Positions 52,832 through 64,000 of a stretch of 64,000 nucleotides of DNA are shown here, one piece after another; positions within the stretch are counted from its first letter, which is position 1, and each line of letters starts with the position of its first letter. The stretch is taken from the NCBI RefSeq assembly GCF_006345805.1, contig NC_043006.1:31372001-31436000 (forward strand), read 5' to 3'. The stretch comes from Octopus sinensis. Taxonomy: Eukaryota. The notes below the pieces were generated by a model. That model had not been told where the DNA came from and made no database searches. It saw only the letters and a program-made list of their open reading frames with translations. The position numbers and the translations under genes are program-made.

Positions 52832-53349
52832 TTCTTATGTTAACTACTTACCTGCCATGAGGGATTTGAAATAAATAAAAACCTTTTGTTTTCGAGAGAG
52901 TAATGTGTGTGTGTGCGTGTGTTACAGTATGGCCGAATAGTTAAAAAGATCGCTTCACCACAACGAGGTCCTAGATTTGATTCCCCTGCGTGGCACGTTG
53001 GCCAAATGTAATTTTCTCCAGCGCCTCAGTCGAGAGAAATTTGTCGGAAACTGTAAAGGAGATTGTTGAATGGGATTGTACTTGGAATTCTAAAAATACA
53101 GCCAATCACACTTCTTCCACAAAGGTTCTCCTAGAGATTTTCATTATTACTGCACGTATCTGTGGAATACTCGGCCAGTTACATATTCAAGAACAGGTAA
53201 TTCAATTGATTGAACAAGTGAATTCTCGTCGTCTAACAAGCGATATTCACCATTAAAATTTACCCTCGTCGTCGGCAGCGACCGTTTGTCGTGGTCAAGA
53301 ATTTCAATTTCTTTCTTATTAAGTGGTTCCTCCCTGTTGATGGCATTCA

Positions 53350-53900
53350 TGACTAGGAAACTTCATCATCACGTGAAGTGTGCCACAACAAATATGGAAG
53401 TGAAGAAGTGAAGAAGTGATTGGAGAGCGAGATTGTTGCTGTTGTTCTTTGGTTACAACAGTTCCGGTGGTAAAAGAGCGATGTTCGTTGGAACGGTTCT
53501 GAGCTTCGGTTTTTAGTTTGGAGATAAATTTTTACCTGGTGTTTGTTATAGCGAAAAGACACCCTTCTTGGTCTTTTCTCGATAGTTAATTCACTGAAGA
53601 GTATTTGACGAAGAAATATTTCCTCTTCCATTCTAACCACTTGTTCTAAATCTCAAAGCTAGTATTTCATAGCATACATCGACTTTCTTGGACAACATTG
53701 CTGTTTATCTCTACATCTTATCTGATGTTTGATAATGGGGCAGAGCTTTGTTGCTAGAAATTCTCAAGCTTCTTGATGTCCCACTATAAAGCATCCATGT
53801 TTCGCAATCGTATTATAATGCTAGGTGACGATAGCTTGATACTCCACCGGTTTCGATTAAAGTAGTTCAGAATATCGCTGTTTAGTTTGGCTTCAGTACA
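53350..53900 (-). mobile_element. RTE (BovB-type) LINE 3' fragment
   Basis: YDCETWMLYSGDIKKLENF and VRMEEEIFLRQILFSELTIEKRPRRVSFRY. Confidence 0.8.
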
Positions 53901-54078
53901 AACTATCTGGGCTTGACTCCACTGATGCAGATGCCCTAGCAATGGTTTGGAGTAGTTTGTTAGAGTTGACTCGAGTCTCTGCTACGGTGCATGACTTAGC
54001 GAAGCATGCCAGCGTGGAAAACGGATGTTAAATGTTGAAGTTGATGATGATGATGATGTTGATGATATATATATATAT

Positions 54079-54139
<61 letters not shown>

Positions 54140-54475
54140 TGTATGTATGTATAGATATATGATTGTATCACTGCAGATATATATTGAACTGTGTATACAT
54201 ATATATATATGACGACAGCTGCACACACGCTTGCGCGCGCGTAGACACATTAATATAATGAAAAAAGAAAGAGGGTGAGGTTGTGTATAATTACGTTTGC
54301 TTGTAGATACCACCACAATCACTGAATTATTACTATCATTGTTAATTTTATTATTATTATTATTATCATTGTTATTATTATTACTATTATTATTGTTATT
54401 GTTATTATGATTGTTATTATTATTATTATTATTTTTATTTTATTATTATTATTATTATTATTATCATTATATAAG

Positions 54476-54712
54476 TGCGGCGAGCTGGCAGAAACGTTAG
54501 CACGCTAACGTTTCTGCCAGCTCGCCGGGAAAAATGCTTTGCGGTATTTCGTCCGTCTTTACGTTCTGAATTCAAATTCTGCCGCGGTCGACTTTGCCTT
54601 TCATCCTTTCGCCGTCGCTAAAATAAGAACCAGTTGAGCACTGGGGTTGACGTAATCGACTTACCCCGCTCCCACGAAATTGCTGGCCTTGTGTCAAAAT
54701 TTGAAATCATTA
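54476..54712 (+). mobile_element. SINE family B with internal fold-back
   Basis: Complete body plus a 23-bp perfect inverted duplication at 54479-54526. Confidence 0.88.
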
Positions 54713-54860
54713 TTATTATTATTATTTGTTGTTGTTGTTGCATTTCTTTCATCTCTCTGCCAAGTGCTTTAAACCTCAATGGTATTTCGCAGAAAACATG
54801 CGAAAATATATTCCTTTGTGCTATACACCTATGGTTCTGTGAGTGATACACGCACGCTCG

Positions 54861-54896
<36 letters not shown>

Positions 54897-55407
54897 CATA
54901 CACCAACACAAATACACTTGTACTGCCTCTTGGGGTATGTGATGTGTGTGTGTGTATTTTCTTCTATATTACGCATCAGAAGACACCAATGAATTACCTG
55001 TAATTACATTTTATACAGAGCACTTGTCACAATAACAACACCCACTGTTGCATCCAAATTATATTAAGACTCGAAATGGTTGACACACTTCATTGTTGCT
55101 CAGTGTCAGCTTCAGCCAAATAGATACATAACGAAATTGTATTCAAATCCGTTATATTCACTTACAATGTATTTAGTTCCCAGCCGTTATTTTTGTTTCT
55201 CAGGGTGGTATTTTACAGTAGTTCTTGTACGTATATGATCCTTATGCTGACACTTATGGGGCAACTCGGTGTTTCGTGAAAATAATAATAGGAACTGCTC
55301 GAATACTCCGGATAGTGCTCGAAAAATAAGGGGTGTTACCTTAGTTCACTGGTAGTGAACAGCTGACACCATAATACATCTCCAGCGTTAGAAGCTGTGC
55401 AAAGATG

Positions 55408-55438
<31 letters not shown>

Positions 55439-55454
55439 TAATAATTAATAATAA

Positions 55455-55583
55455 TAATCCTTTCTACTAAAGGATGAAAGGCAAAGTCGACCTCGGTGAA
55501 ATTTGAACTCAGAACTTGAAGACAGACAAAATGCCGCTAGGAATTTTGCCAGACGTGCAAACAATTCTGCTAGCTCGCCACCT

Positions 55584-55585
<2 letters not shown>
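55455..55585 (-). mobile_element. SINE family B, internally deleted
   Basis: ggatgaaaggcaaagtcgacctcgg...ttctgctagctcgccacc. Confidence 0.75.
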
Positions 55586-55615
<30 letters not shown>

Positions 55616-56399
55616 ATCTATCCTCGAGACACCTATAGATTCTCGTGGTGATCACACAGAAAGCAAGGATGGATCCGGGTGTTGAGCCTGATTTCTTGCA
55701 ATAAATATCTTGAGCATTTAAAAATTTCGGGGCCAGGGCACAGGTGTTATTTGTGATTGTGTGTGTCGTTGTGTGCGCGCGCGCGCATCTGTTTGTGTGT
55801 GTGTGTGTATATATATGTACATATGCGTATACACGTGTGTGTGATTGTATGCATGTGTTTGTTTGCATGTTTATATTAATCTATCTATCTATACACACAC
55901 ACACATATGTACATACATGCGTGTGTATATCTTATACACAGAGTGGGAGCCGCTTGTGATCGCGATCAAAACGGAAATGTTTAGATAAGTACCAGCAGAT
56001 AGCATTAAGCAGAGGATACACCGACATCTTGAACATGGTTGAGAGGCCATTAATTTTGATAACAATGTCTGGCAATATTATCCGTGATTATAATAAGCAG
56101 TTTCCACTGTGTGTATAATAATTATGCATGTATAAATATATTTGTGTAATAATATTCGCAGGTGGCATTTCGTTTTGAGCTATTCACTCTTATTAAAGGA
56201 ATTCTTTCCTATTATTTCTTATATTATAAAGTGTGTGTGTATATATATATATTAGTATATACGTGGTAAGTATAGCGTCTGTGTATGTATGAAGACGTAT
56301 ATTCGTATGTGAGTGTGCTTGTTGATATACAAATATGTATATGCATATATCTGGATTCACATTAAATACATTTGTTTATGTTTCATTATGTTTGTCTCA

Positions 56400-56870
56400 T
56401 ATAGAATTGCAACATATATATAAATACGTACACACGCATATATATATTTATTTATTTATAGACACATACATATATAAATATATATTAAAAAAATATATAT
56501 ATATATATACACATATATAAATATGTATACATATTAAATATGTATACATATATAAATATGTATACATATATAAATATGTATATATATATAAATGAATATA
56601 TTTATATATATATATATATATATTTATTTATCTCTATATATATGTATACATATATAAATATATATATAAATGAATATATTTATATATATATATTTATTTA
56701 TCTCTATATATATGTATACATATATAAATATATATATAAATGAATATATTTATATATATATATATTTATTTATCTATCTATATATATTTATTTATCTATA
56801 TATATATTTATTTATCTATATATATATATATATATATTCATATATATATATATATATTTATTATTATATA

Positions 56871-56902
<32 letters not shown>

Positions 56903-56921
56903 TCATATATATATATATATA

Positions 56922-56965
<44 letters not shown>
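56400..56965. repeat. (TA)n-derived low-complexity tract with ~70-bp higher-order repeats
   Basis: Direct. Confidence 0.95.
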
Positions 56966-56967
<2 letters not shown>

Positions 56968-58366
56968 CAGTTGCAAGTAGGCGGTGTCGTGTAACAAATG
57001 GCTGAATTCTCATAAACAATAAAATAAACTGATTGCTGTTCTCGATTTCATTATTATTTTCCTTCTCACTTCCCCAACCCGGACTGGTTGTTATGATACG
57101 TTCACTCAATCCAGTTTGATTTTAAATAATAGTTTTAAATGCATGGTTACAAGCAATGCTGTCTCTAGGGAATGCACTGTGAAATAGAAGGGACTTGTAA
57201 TAGAAATAAATAAATTATTAAATAAAAACCAATTAGCCTGAGAAGTTGATGAAAAAAAACTAATAACGGAATATACATACATGCATACATACATAATACA
57301 CATATATGTATATGTGTGTATGCATATTGAAGTGGTTAAGCAGTTTCACACGAATAAATTTATATTAAAACCAAAAGAACTTTATCATAGGTAAAAGTGA
57401 AAAAAGAATCTTTGCATTGTTATCAGAATATGCTACCGGTTTCAACCGCTTTGATTCTATTTATTTCAGTCTATTTTTACTTTTATTCCTCTATGACTAA
57501 ATCGCTATTCTAACGTGATTGAAACCGGTAGCATGTTTTCATAAAACTATTAATAATTTCTAACTTGTTCCCATGATAAATTTCTCAAAGAATGTTCTTC
57601 TATTTCTTTTTTAATATATGCATATCTATGCGTGGGTAAACTCAAAATGTGTATTTGTATTACTTGTATATACATACATGAGTATGCAAAATAAAGCAAA
57701 ATGTTGTAACATTTGTAGTGAAAATTACTGCATGAGGTTTTGAAAGCTAAGATTTTAAAAAATACTTTGGAAGTTACTTTAAAAGCATTTTGTTCTTGGA
57801 TTTCTTCTTGGTTACAAGATTCCTTGTACTGTAGTAATCCAATTTTGAGGATAGACAAGGTTTTCTGTAACAAGCCAGCCTCTTATAACATTCTCCGACG
57901 ATTAGGTCTCTTCCACGTTGCTTCTCCTTATGCAGTTTGTCTACAGTGAAAACTTCAGAGTCGATTATGTGTTTTACTGCCGATGTTCGTACAATTTTAT
58001 TTCCTGAGCTACCATGAATCCTGGGTGAAATCTCGCCTTTCATTCCAGATCATAGACTAGAATCATTCGTGATCTTCTTGAAAAGGGAACCTTCTAAACG
58101 GTTATGTTTTCATTTCTCGCGCTATAATGCCTCTGAATTGGAAACAAAGTTGTGCTGTATAATGCCTCAGAACTGGAAACTTTTCTAAGATGACGAAGAT
58201 TTTTGCTCATCATCCTAAGTACATGCTTTTAGGTATTTAGCTTACCTTCAAGAACTTAGCATGAAGATCCGCCGCAGAGTTTTGTTAATTAAGATGTAAT
58301 TGATGAGATGCGTACTCATTCTTTTTACATGTATGCATTTACATATATATGTATCTAAATATATAC

Positions 58367-58397
<31 letters not shown>

Positions 58398-59283
58398 TGT
58401 ATGCATGCATGCATGTATGTGTGTGTGTGCTTGTGTGTGTATATATATGTATATACATATACGTATGTGTGCATCTATGTCAGAACGAGTGGGGGGGGGA
58501 GAAGGCTACCCAGCAGGCATATCAGACGGGGAGAGAGGAGAGATGGAAAGAATTCAAAACCATTAAGGAGTTGGAGAGGTAACGTGATAAAATAATAGAG
58601 GTATAGAGAGTGAGCAAATGATATTTAAGTGTGTGTGTGTGTGTGCGCGTGCGTAATGCATCTGGGAATATATATGTGTTGTTCAGTCTGGGTAAACAAA
58701 TCAGGTCCTTTGCCATACATGTATCGTACCTGTTACTCTCCCTTACCGTTGTTGAGCGCATTTATTCATACTTGTATTTTGTATTTAATTATCAACTCAA
58801 TGTACATAGAAGGCATTGGTTCTTGAACTCGGAACGTTATTTGTCCGACGCTATTAGGATTTTACCAATCGACCCTTTAAGAATATTGAACCCTTTTCAA
58901 ATTAATTCAATTTGTGCTCATTTGTTTTTAAATTATTACATTCCAGAACCGAAAGGTATGTAGCAAGTCTGAAATAAATGCGATGTTAGAAGCCAAAGCA
59001 ATCCCGAACATAAATAAACACACATAATTAAATGGTTAACAATGTGATTAAATACAATTACAATAATTGCGTAATTTCCTAGATAAATATAAACACACAG
59101 GTGTCCACACACACACACACACACACACGAATGACAGTGGGGCAGCGTTTATCATTTGTTATTGCCATGAAGTAAAAAAAAAAAAGTATTAAATTCGAGA
59201 CGTTAACAAGTTACTAGTTGGGACTAGTTTTCAAAGAAAACAAACCCGACAAACAGCACACTTACGCACTTACAAAATATAGC

Positions 59284-59335
<52 letters not shown>

Positions 59336-59634
59336 AAAATAACACCTTTTTTAGATGAAGGAAAAAGGCTAATTTACCAAGATTGAATCCACTCGTGTTG
59401 TTGTTGTTGTTGATGATGATGTTGTTTAACCCCAGGCCATAGTTGAACGAACAGCTCTGTGATCATAATCGTTCCTTTTTGTTTTCAGCTACAATCTAAT
59501 CTAAAATCCGCGTCTTTTCATTTTTTAAAACGGTACAGTATGAGTAACATACAATTTGGTTGTTACTTTTAACAAATCGACTGACCCCTTCGGGCCTCTC
59601 TTTGAGATGATAGTTCATCCTTTTCTCGTATTGA

Positions 59635-59880
59635 TCGATATTTTAATGAAGGTGTGTTGTTTAGTGGTTAGAGTGCTGGGATCACAATTTGTAAGACCGT
59701 GGGTTCAATCTCCGGACCGAGCTGGGTGTTAAGTGGGTAAAGCATTTCATTTAACATTATCCCATTCAACTCAGTTGCGAAGAGCATTGGGGTTAACACA
59801 TCGGCGAACTGTTATCTCGTTCAGTAGAGAGTCCTCTGGAACAACAAACTCCGGCTTAACGGACCTCTAGGGTTGGGGCA
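59635..59880 (+). mobile_element. Degenerate tRNA-headed SINE
   Basis: gtttagtggttagagtgctgg...gggttcaatctccggaccg A/B-box-like head. Confidence 0.55.
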
Positions 59881-60490
59881 GACTCTAAATTTATGGATCC
59901 GGCATACACGAATAGCTAAGAGGTTCGTCTCGTAATCCCGAGTTCCTGGTTTCGATCATGCAGCAAGGCACCTTGGGCAAAAATCTTTTACCATCGTCAC
60001 GAGTTGACCCAAGCCTGAGTCAACGGAAATTAAACAGAAGCTGTCTGATGGATTATACCTAGAATTCAAAGATCCAGAACTGTCCCAGTGTGTCACATGA
60101 TAATTACTTTAGAACGTGTTGAGCACTCAGCAGCTTCCATATTAATTCAATGTGTCGAGATTACAGTAGTTCGGTCAGTTGAACACTGATCGTCGAAACC
60201 GACGGAGACCAATCATATTTTTACAACCATCAGAATTAACAACTTCATTGACTCCAGTTTGAATACTAGAGGCTACCAAATCATGAAGTCATGGAAGAAA
60301 GATTTCTCATAAAATAATCACAAGGCTCAAAGGTTTATTCTTGATATCGAATGCGTCTCCCCCATTTATTTAAAACATTGTTTCCCGACCATTATTTGCC
60401 CATAGATCCTTTTGTTTCCTGTTTCACTCGGGTGGTTCCAGATAGCCATTTGATCATTAAAAATGTCTTTATATTTTTATAATTAGATAT

Positions 60491-60752
60491 TAAAGTGGTA
60501 GTATGTTGTCAACATAATGTGACAGTCTCATGAAAGGGAGTAATACTACTGCTATTTAGCCCTAGAAAACACCGCTTCCTGTCGGTCTTAACGCATTTCT
60601 TGTGTCCTTATGTTTACAAAGGGGGAGATAAGCACCTCCACCCAGCAAAGCTAGCATCCGACAAGAAGCGGTGATTCCTAGGGCTAAATAGCAGTAGTAT
60701 TATTCCCTTTCATGGGACTGTCACATTAAGTCGACAAATTACCACTACTTTA
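60491..60752. mobile_element. Palindromic MITE with ~95-bp arms
   Basis: Arms 60491-60585 and 60658-60752 are near-perfect reverse complements; TA at both ends. Confidence 0.8.
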
Positions 60753-60764
60753 TAGTGTTGCTAC

Positions 60765-60947
60765 TGTATAAATCTCTCTGAGAGATTTAGAAAGGTAATA
60801 TTTCTAATTAGATATTATATTGTATAAAAAATTGTAAAAATATTTTGTGAACTATAGAAATATAACTAATTTGTTGCACATCATTTTTAGCAACAAAATC
60901 TTATATGGATCCCCACAGGCCGTATGGACCCTGGTTAAGAACCACTG
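60765..60947 (-). mobile_element. hAT-type MITE fragment (same family as 44662)
   Basis: Minus strand cagtggttcttaaccagggtccatac...ttagttatatttcta aligns with 44662-44820. Confidence 0.7.
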
Positions 60948-62840
60948 CTTTCAAGTGACCATTTAAGGAAACAATTCCACCAAGAAATCAATGTAATATT
61001 GCTGATTAGTAAATCTGAGCCATCAAAGAAACCTCTACATGACTACTCAATCAGCAAGAAACAGCAGCTAAATATTCCTCATATCACATCTCAACTTAAA
61101 AAAGGATGGATAGTAACCATTGGATGGTGAGACAATCCGAAACCCGGTTTAACTTCACCACTATTTGGCTCTTGAGCACCATAACAAAAATGGGCCAAGC
61201 TTCCAGTGTGTGGATCACTTTCTTTCTTATTTTTGATGCCTGAGTTAAGGGTAGCAGGGCGAGGCCTATCGCACTTTTCAGAGCCTTCGAAAAGGGTGTC
61301 GAAAAGAAGTTATGAGCAGTTAACTCCGACCAAACCATAAAATGCAAAAGTATAGTTGTCGACACCGTTCATACCACTTTGCCAAATAATGGGATGGGGA
61401 CTGATCGATCAAGTTTGATTCTGATCGATCAAGTTTGATTCTGTTCGGTCAAGATTGACATAAAGAACAGCAACAACACCAACAGAAATAAGGACGACGG
61501 TCTTAGTCTGCATTTGTGCCTCAGATCAATAAACTTAAGTGGTTTTTCAAGGAACACGACAGAGTTGCACCTCTGATACGAAACTGGTTAACTGGGTAAC
61601 CGTAGCTGTTAGGAAACTGTCAAGTTCTGGGAAATGGCAACCAAGCATACATTTTTAGAGAAGATGAGGCTGTTGTTGCTCGATATGATCCTATTTTAAA
61701 ACAAATACTCATTTCAATGAAACCTCTAAGGAGGGTTTTAACTTGTGGAGGTACGGGATGTATACAGAAAAATATCCAACTCACTTGCCACTGAACTGGC
61801 ATTAATGGGTCAATAAAAGCCGTATACATCGGTATGGAACCTTTTGGTGTTGCTTAATCCCAATTCAGACCAGCTGGAGCGGATATGTGATCAAAGTTGT
61901 TCCAGAAAAAATTCTTTGTCTTTCCGAATTTTCCAGCACATCATAAATCGGTTTGTCCTTTCTTTCCCACAACAATCATTTCAAGAAATGTGCGTCTGGG
62001 ACTTTGTTATCAAGTGGTAGGGTCTAATTTGAGGGAGATTTACCTATTATTTCGAGCAGGTTGAGCCGTTACATAAGGATTTCTTGCTACGTCCTTAGTC
62101 TATCCCTAGAAAGAAATGCATGAACATCACAACGTCTGCTGCACCTAAACACCATCTATATGGATATAAAACTTCGTCGACACAACGATGTACCTCGTAT
62201 AGAGCCATGGGACGTGTTAGAAATAACAGCCAAATTACCCTTAAATCATGCCCTTCTGACTTAAGAAAAGAGGCTAATACTGGTTTATGTCGTATTAGAT
62301 ACACCTAAAAATGCGAGAGACTCACGGCTGGAACGCCGTTAATCATATGACTGTTCGATAAGAGCTGCTATAGGTTGCATCGTCACAGCAACAACAATGG
62401 CTGGAAGTAAAAGAACAGACAGTTATTGACAGTGACGATGATGATGATGCAAATGATATTTAATATATTTGTAGAACATCGTTATTTCTCTTGGTTGCTG
62501 CGGTTTTATTAGGTTACTACCGTGTGTGTGTGGTGTGTGTTGCTCGTATTTAGATTGACAAGGTACCATACCTCTAGCGAGTGGAAAGGTTAATTACTCG
62601 AAAACAGAAAGATGAGACCACATGCACGTGCGTAAATAGAACTCAATTTCATGTTATTAAAAGAGTAACAATTTGTGTGTGTGTGTGTGTCCGTGCATAT
62701 ACGTATGTATGTTTATCTATACATGTATGCGTATATGCATGTATGTGTGCGTGTATGTATGTATGTAAATACGTAGGTTTGTATGTACGGATGTGAGCAG
62801 GTATGTATGAACGTATATATGTGTGTATGTGTGTGTGTGT

Positions 62841-62874
<34 letters not shown>

Positions 62875-63169
62875 ATATATGTGTGTGTGTGAGTGTTTGT
62901 GTGTGTATGTAGGTGGGTGTGCATGAATCTATGTATGTGCCGATATCCGTACACATCTACAAATATACGTTTTCTGGCATTCGTATACGTTTAAAACCAC
63001 ACGGAGTTACTCGCCAAATACAATATTATTTCATTCTCTCTCACTTTCTCTCTCTCTCTCTCTCGCTCTTTCTTTCTCTCTATCTCTCTCCCTCTCTCCG
63101 TCTCTCTTTCACACACATACATACATCTGTGTGTGCGGGCGGGTATAGGTATGTGTGTATGTGTAAGTA

Positions 63170-63300
63170 CAGAGGCGCGTGACTTAGTGTTTAGACTCAC
63201 GACCGTCAAGTTGTGAGTTTAATCCCTGGTTTGGGTGGCACGTTGTGCCTTTAAGCAAGGTATTTTATTGCACATTGCTCCAGTCTACTTTGCCGAACAT
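63170..63300 (+). mobile_element. Degenerate CORE-like SINE head
   Basis: ggcgcgtgacttagtgtttagactcacgac...ttgctccagtctact. Confidence 0.55.
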
Positions 63301-63367
63301 GTGTACTCGTAGCTGAGAAGATCGTTAGCCACTAAACATGTTTTTCTCTCCTTGTTTTTTCTGTGTA

Positions 63368-63405
63368 TCTTTCTGTAGAAGAGCGTAGGCTCGAAACGTA
63401 AGAGA
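63368..63405 (+). ncRNA. Minimal hammerhead-like motif, CUGU core variant (pLTR remnant 63368-63495)
   Basis: TCTTT-CTGTAGA-A-GAGC-GTAG-GCTC-GAAAC-GT-A-AGAGA. Confidence 0.5.
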
Positions 63406-63521
63406 CTTTTTCTATTCCTGAGCGTTATACTAATACATCTGTTTGTTTTGTACACCACCTGTCTTCGTCTTTTGTTTTTTTCGTAAACTCTCCCTATATA
63501 TATATATATATATATATATAT

Positions 63522-63604
<83 letters not shown>

Positions 63605-64000
63605 CTCTGTGCATACACACACACACACACACCTATATATATATGTATGTATATATTTAAATGTGTGTCTGTGCGTGTATAACCCTACATTTTTGTGCTG
63701 TGTTCTGGCATATGTTAAATACTTCCGCTTCTCCGCTTTTAGTAAATAGGATTTTTGTCATTTTTTAAAACTTTTTTTTATTTGTTACGCAGCCACAAAA
63801 TCATTCTTACCTTCCTGGTGTTCAAAGTTTTATTTACAGATTTGATTATCGCATAATTTGCAATATTTGTTGCTTTCGAACTGAAGCAGTATACCATCTG
63901 TCATTGGAATTTTCTGTCTAATCACGATGCATTGATTAATAGATATTATTGATCCCTTATTAAGCGATCTCAATTTTCTATACAAACCTTCAAAACAAGG

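Noticed and set aside
52843-52858. U1 snRNA 5'-end-like tacttacctg
   Set aside because: Only ~10 nt match; reads as a donor-like site in the transposon 5' region
57774-58270. Possible RTE C-terminal fragment
   Set aside because: Only faint resemblance; no convincing motif by eye
61380-62330. Unique-looking segment with a 20-bp tandem duplication (ctgatcgatcaagtttgatt x2)
   Set aside because: No recognisable protein or RNA motif; needs a database search

Overview
Eukaryotic, AT-rich, microsatellite-dense DNA; the SINE families and (TA)n/(ATGT)n/(CTAT)n/(AAT)n density look like an Octopus-type cephalopod genome (inference, not a database result). Only one host protein-coding gene is supported: a Scleraxis/Paraxis (TCF15)-type bHLH at 48784-49277 (+), cut by a 100-N gap just before helix 2. 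The rest is mobile DNA: a 5'-truncated Tx1/L1 LINE plus two more 3' ends, all tied to (CTAT)n; an ORF1-only L1/Tx1-like element with twin 3' stem-loops; two decayed HERO/NeSL-type LINEs next to (TG)n; RTE and CR1/L2 fragments; a decayed DD37D (maT) transposase; Penelope-like GIY-YIG remnants; hAT, palindromic and Helitron-like non-autonomous elements; several tRNA-derived SINE families. Most notable: a set of type I hammerhead ribozyme folds (one in a 230-bp head-to-head palindrome, four minimal ones with covarying stem I, three carrying a CUGU core variant), a SINE subfamily with a Tx1-like tail that seems to insert into its own family at fixed sites, and an ~800-bp tandem unit with an inverted start next to a GIY-YIG fragment. 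Most ORFs in the supplied track are microsatellite translations. All alignments and folds were done by eye.
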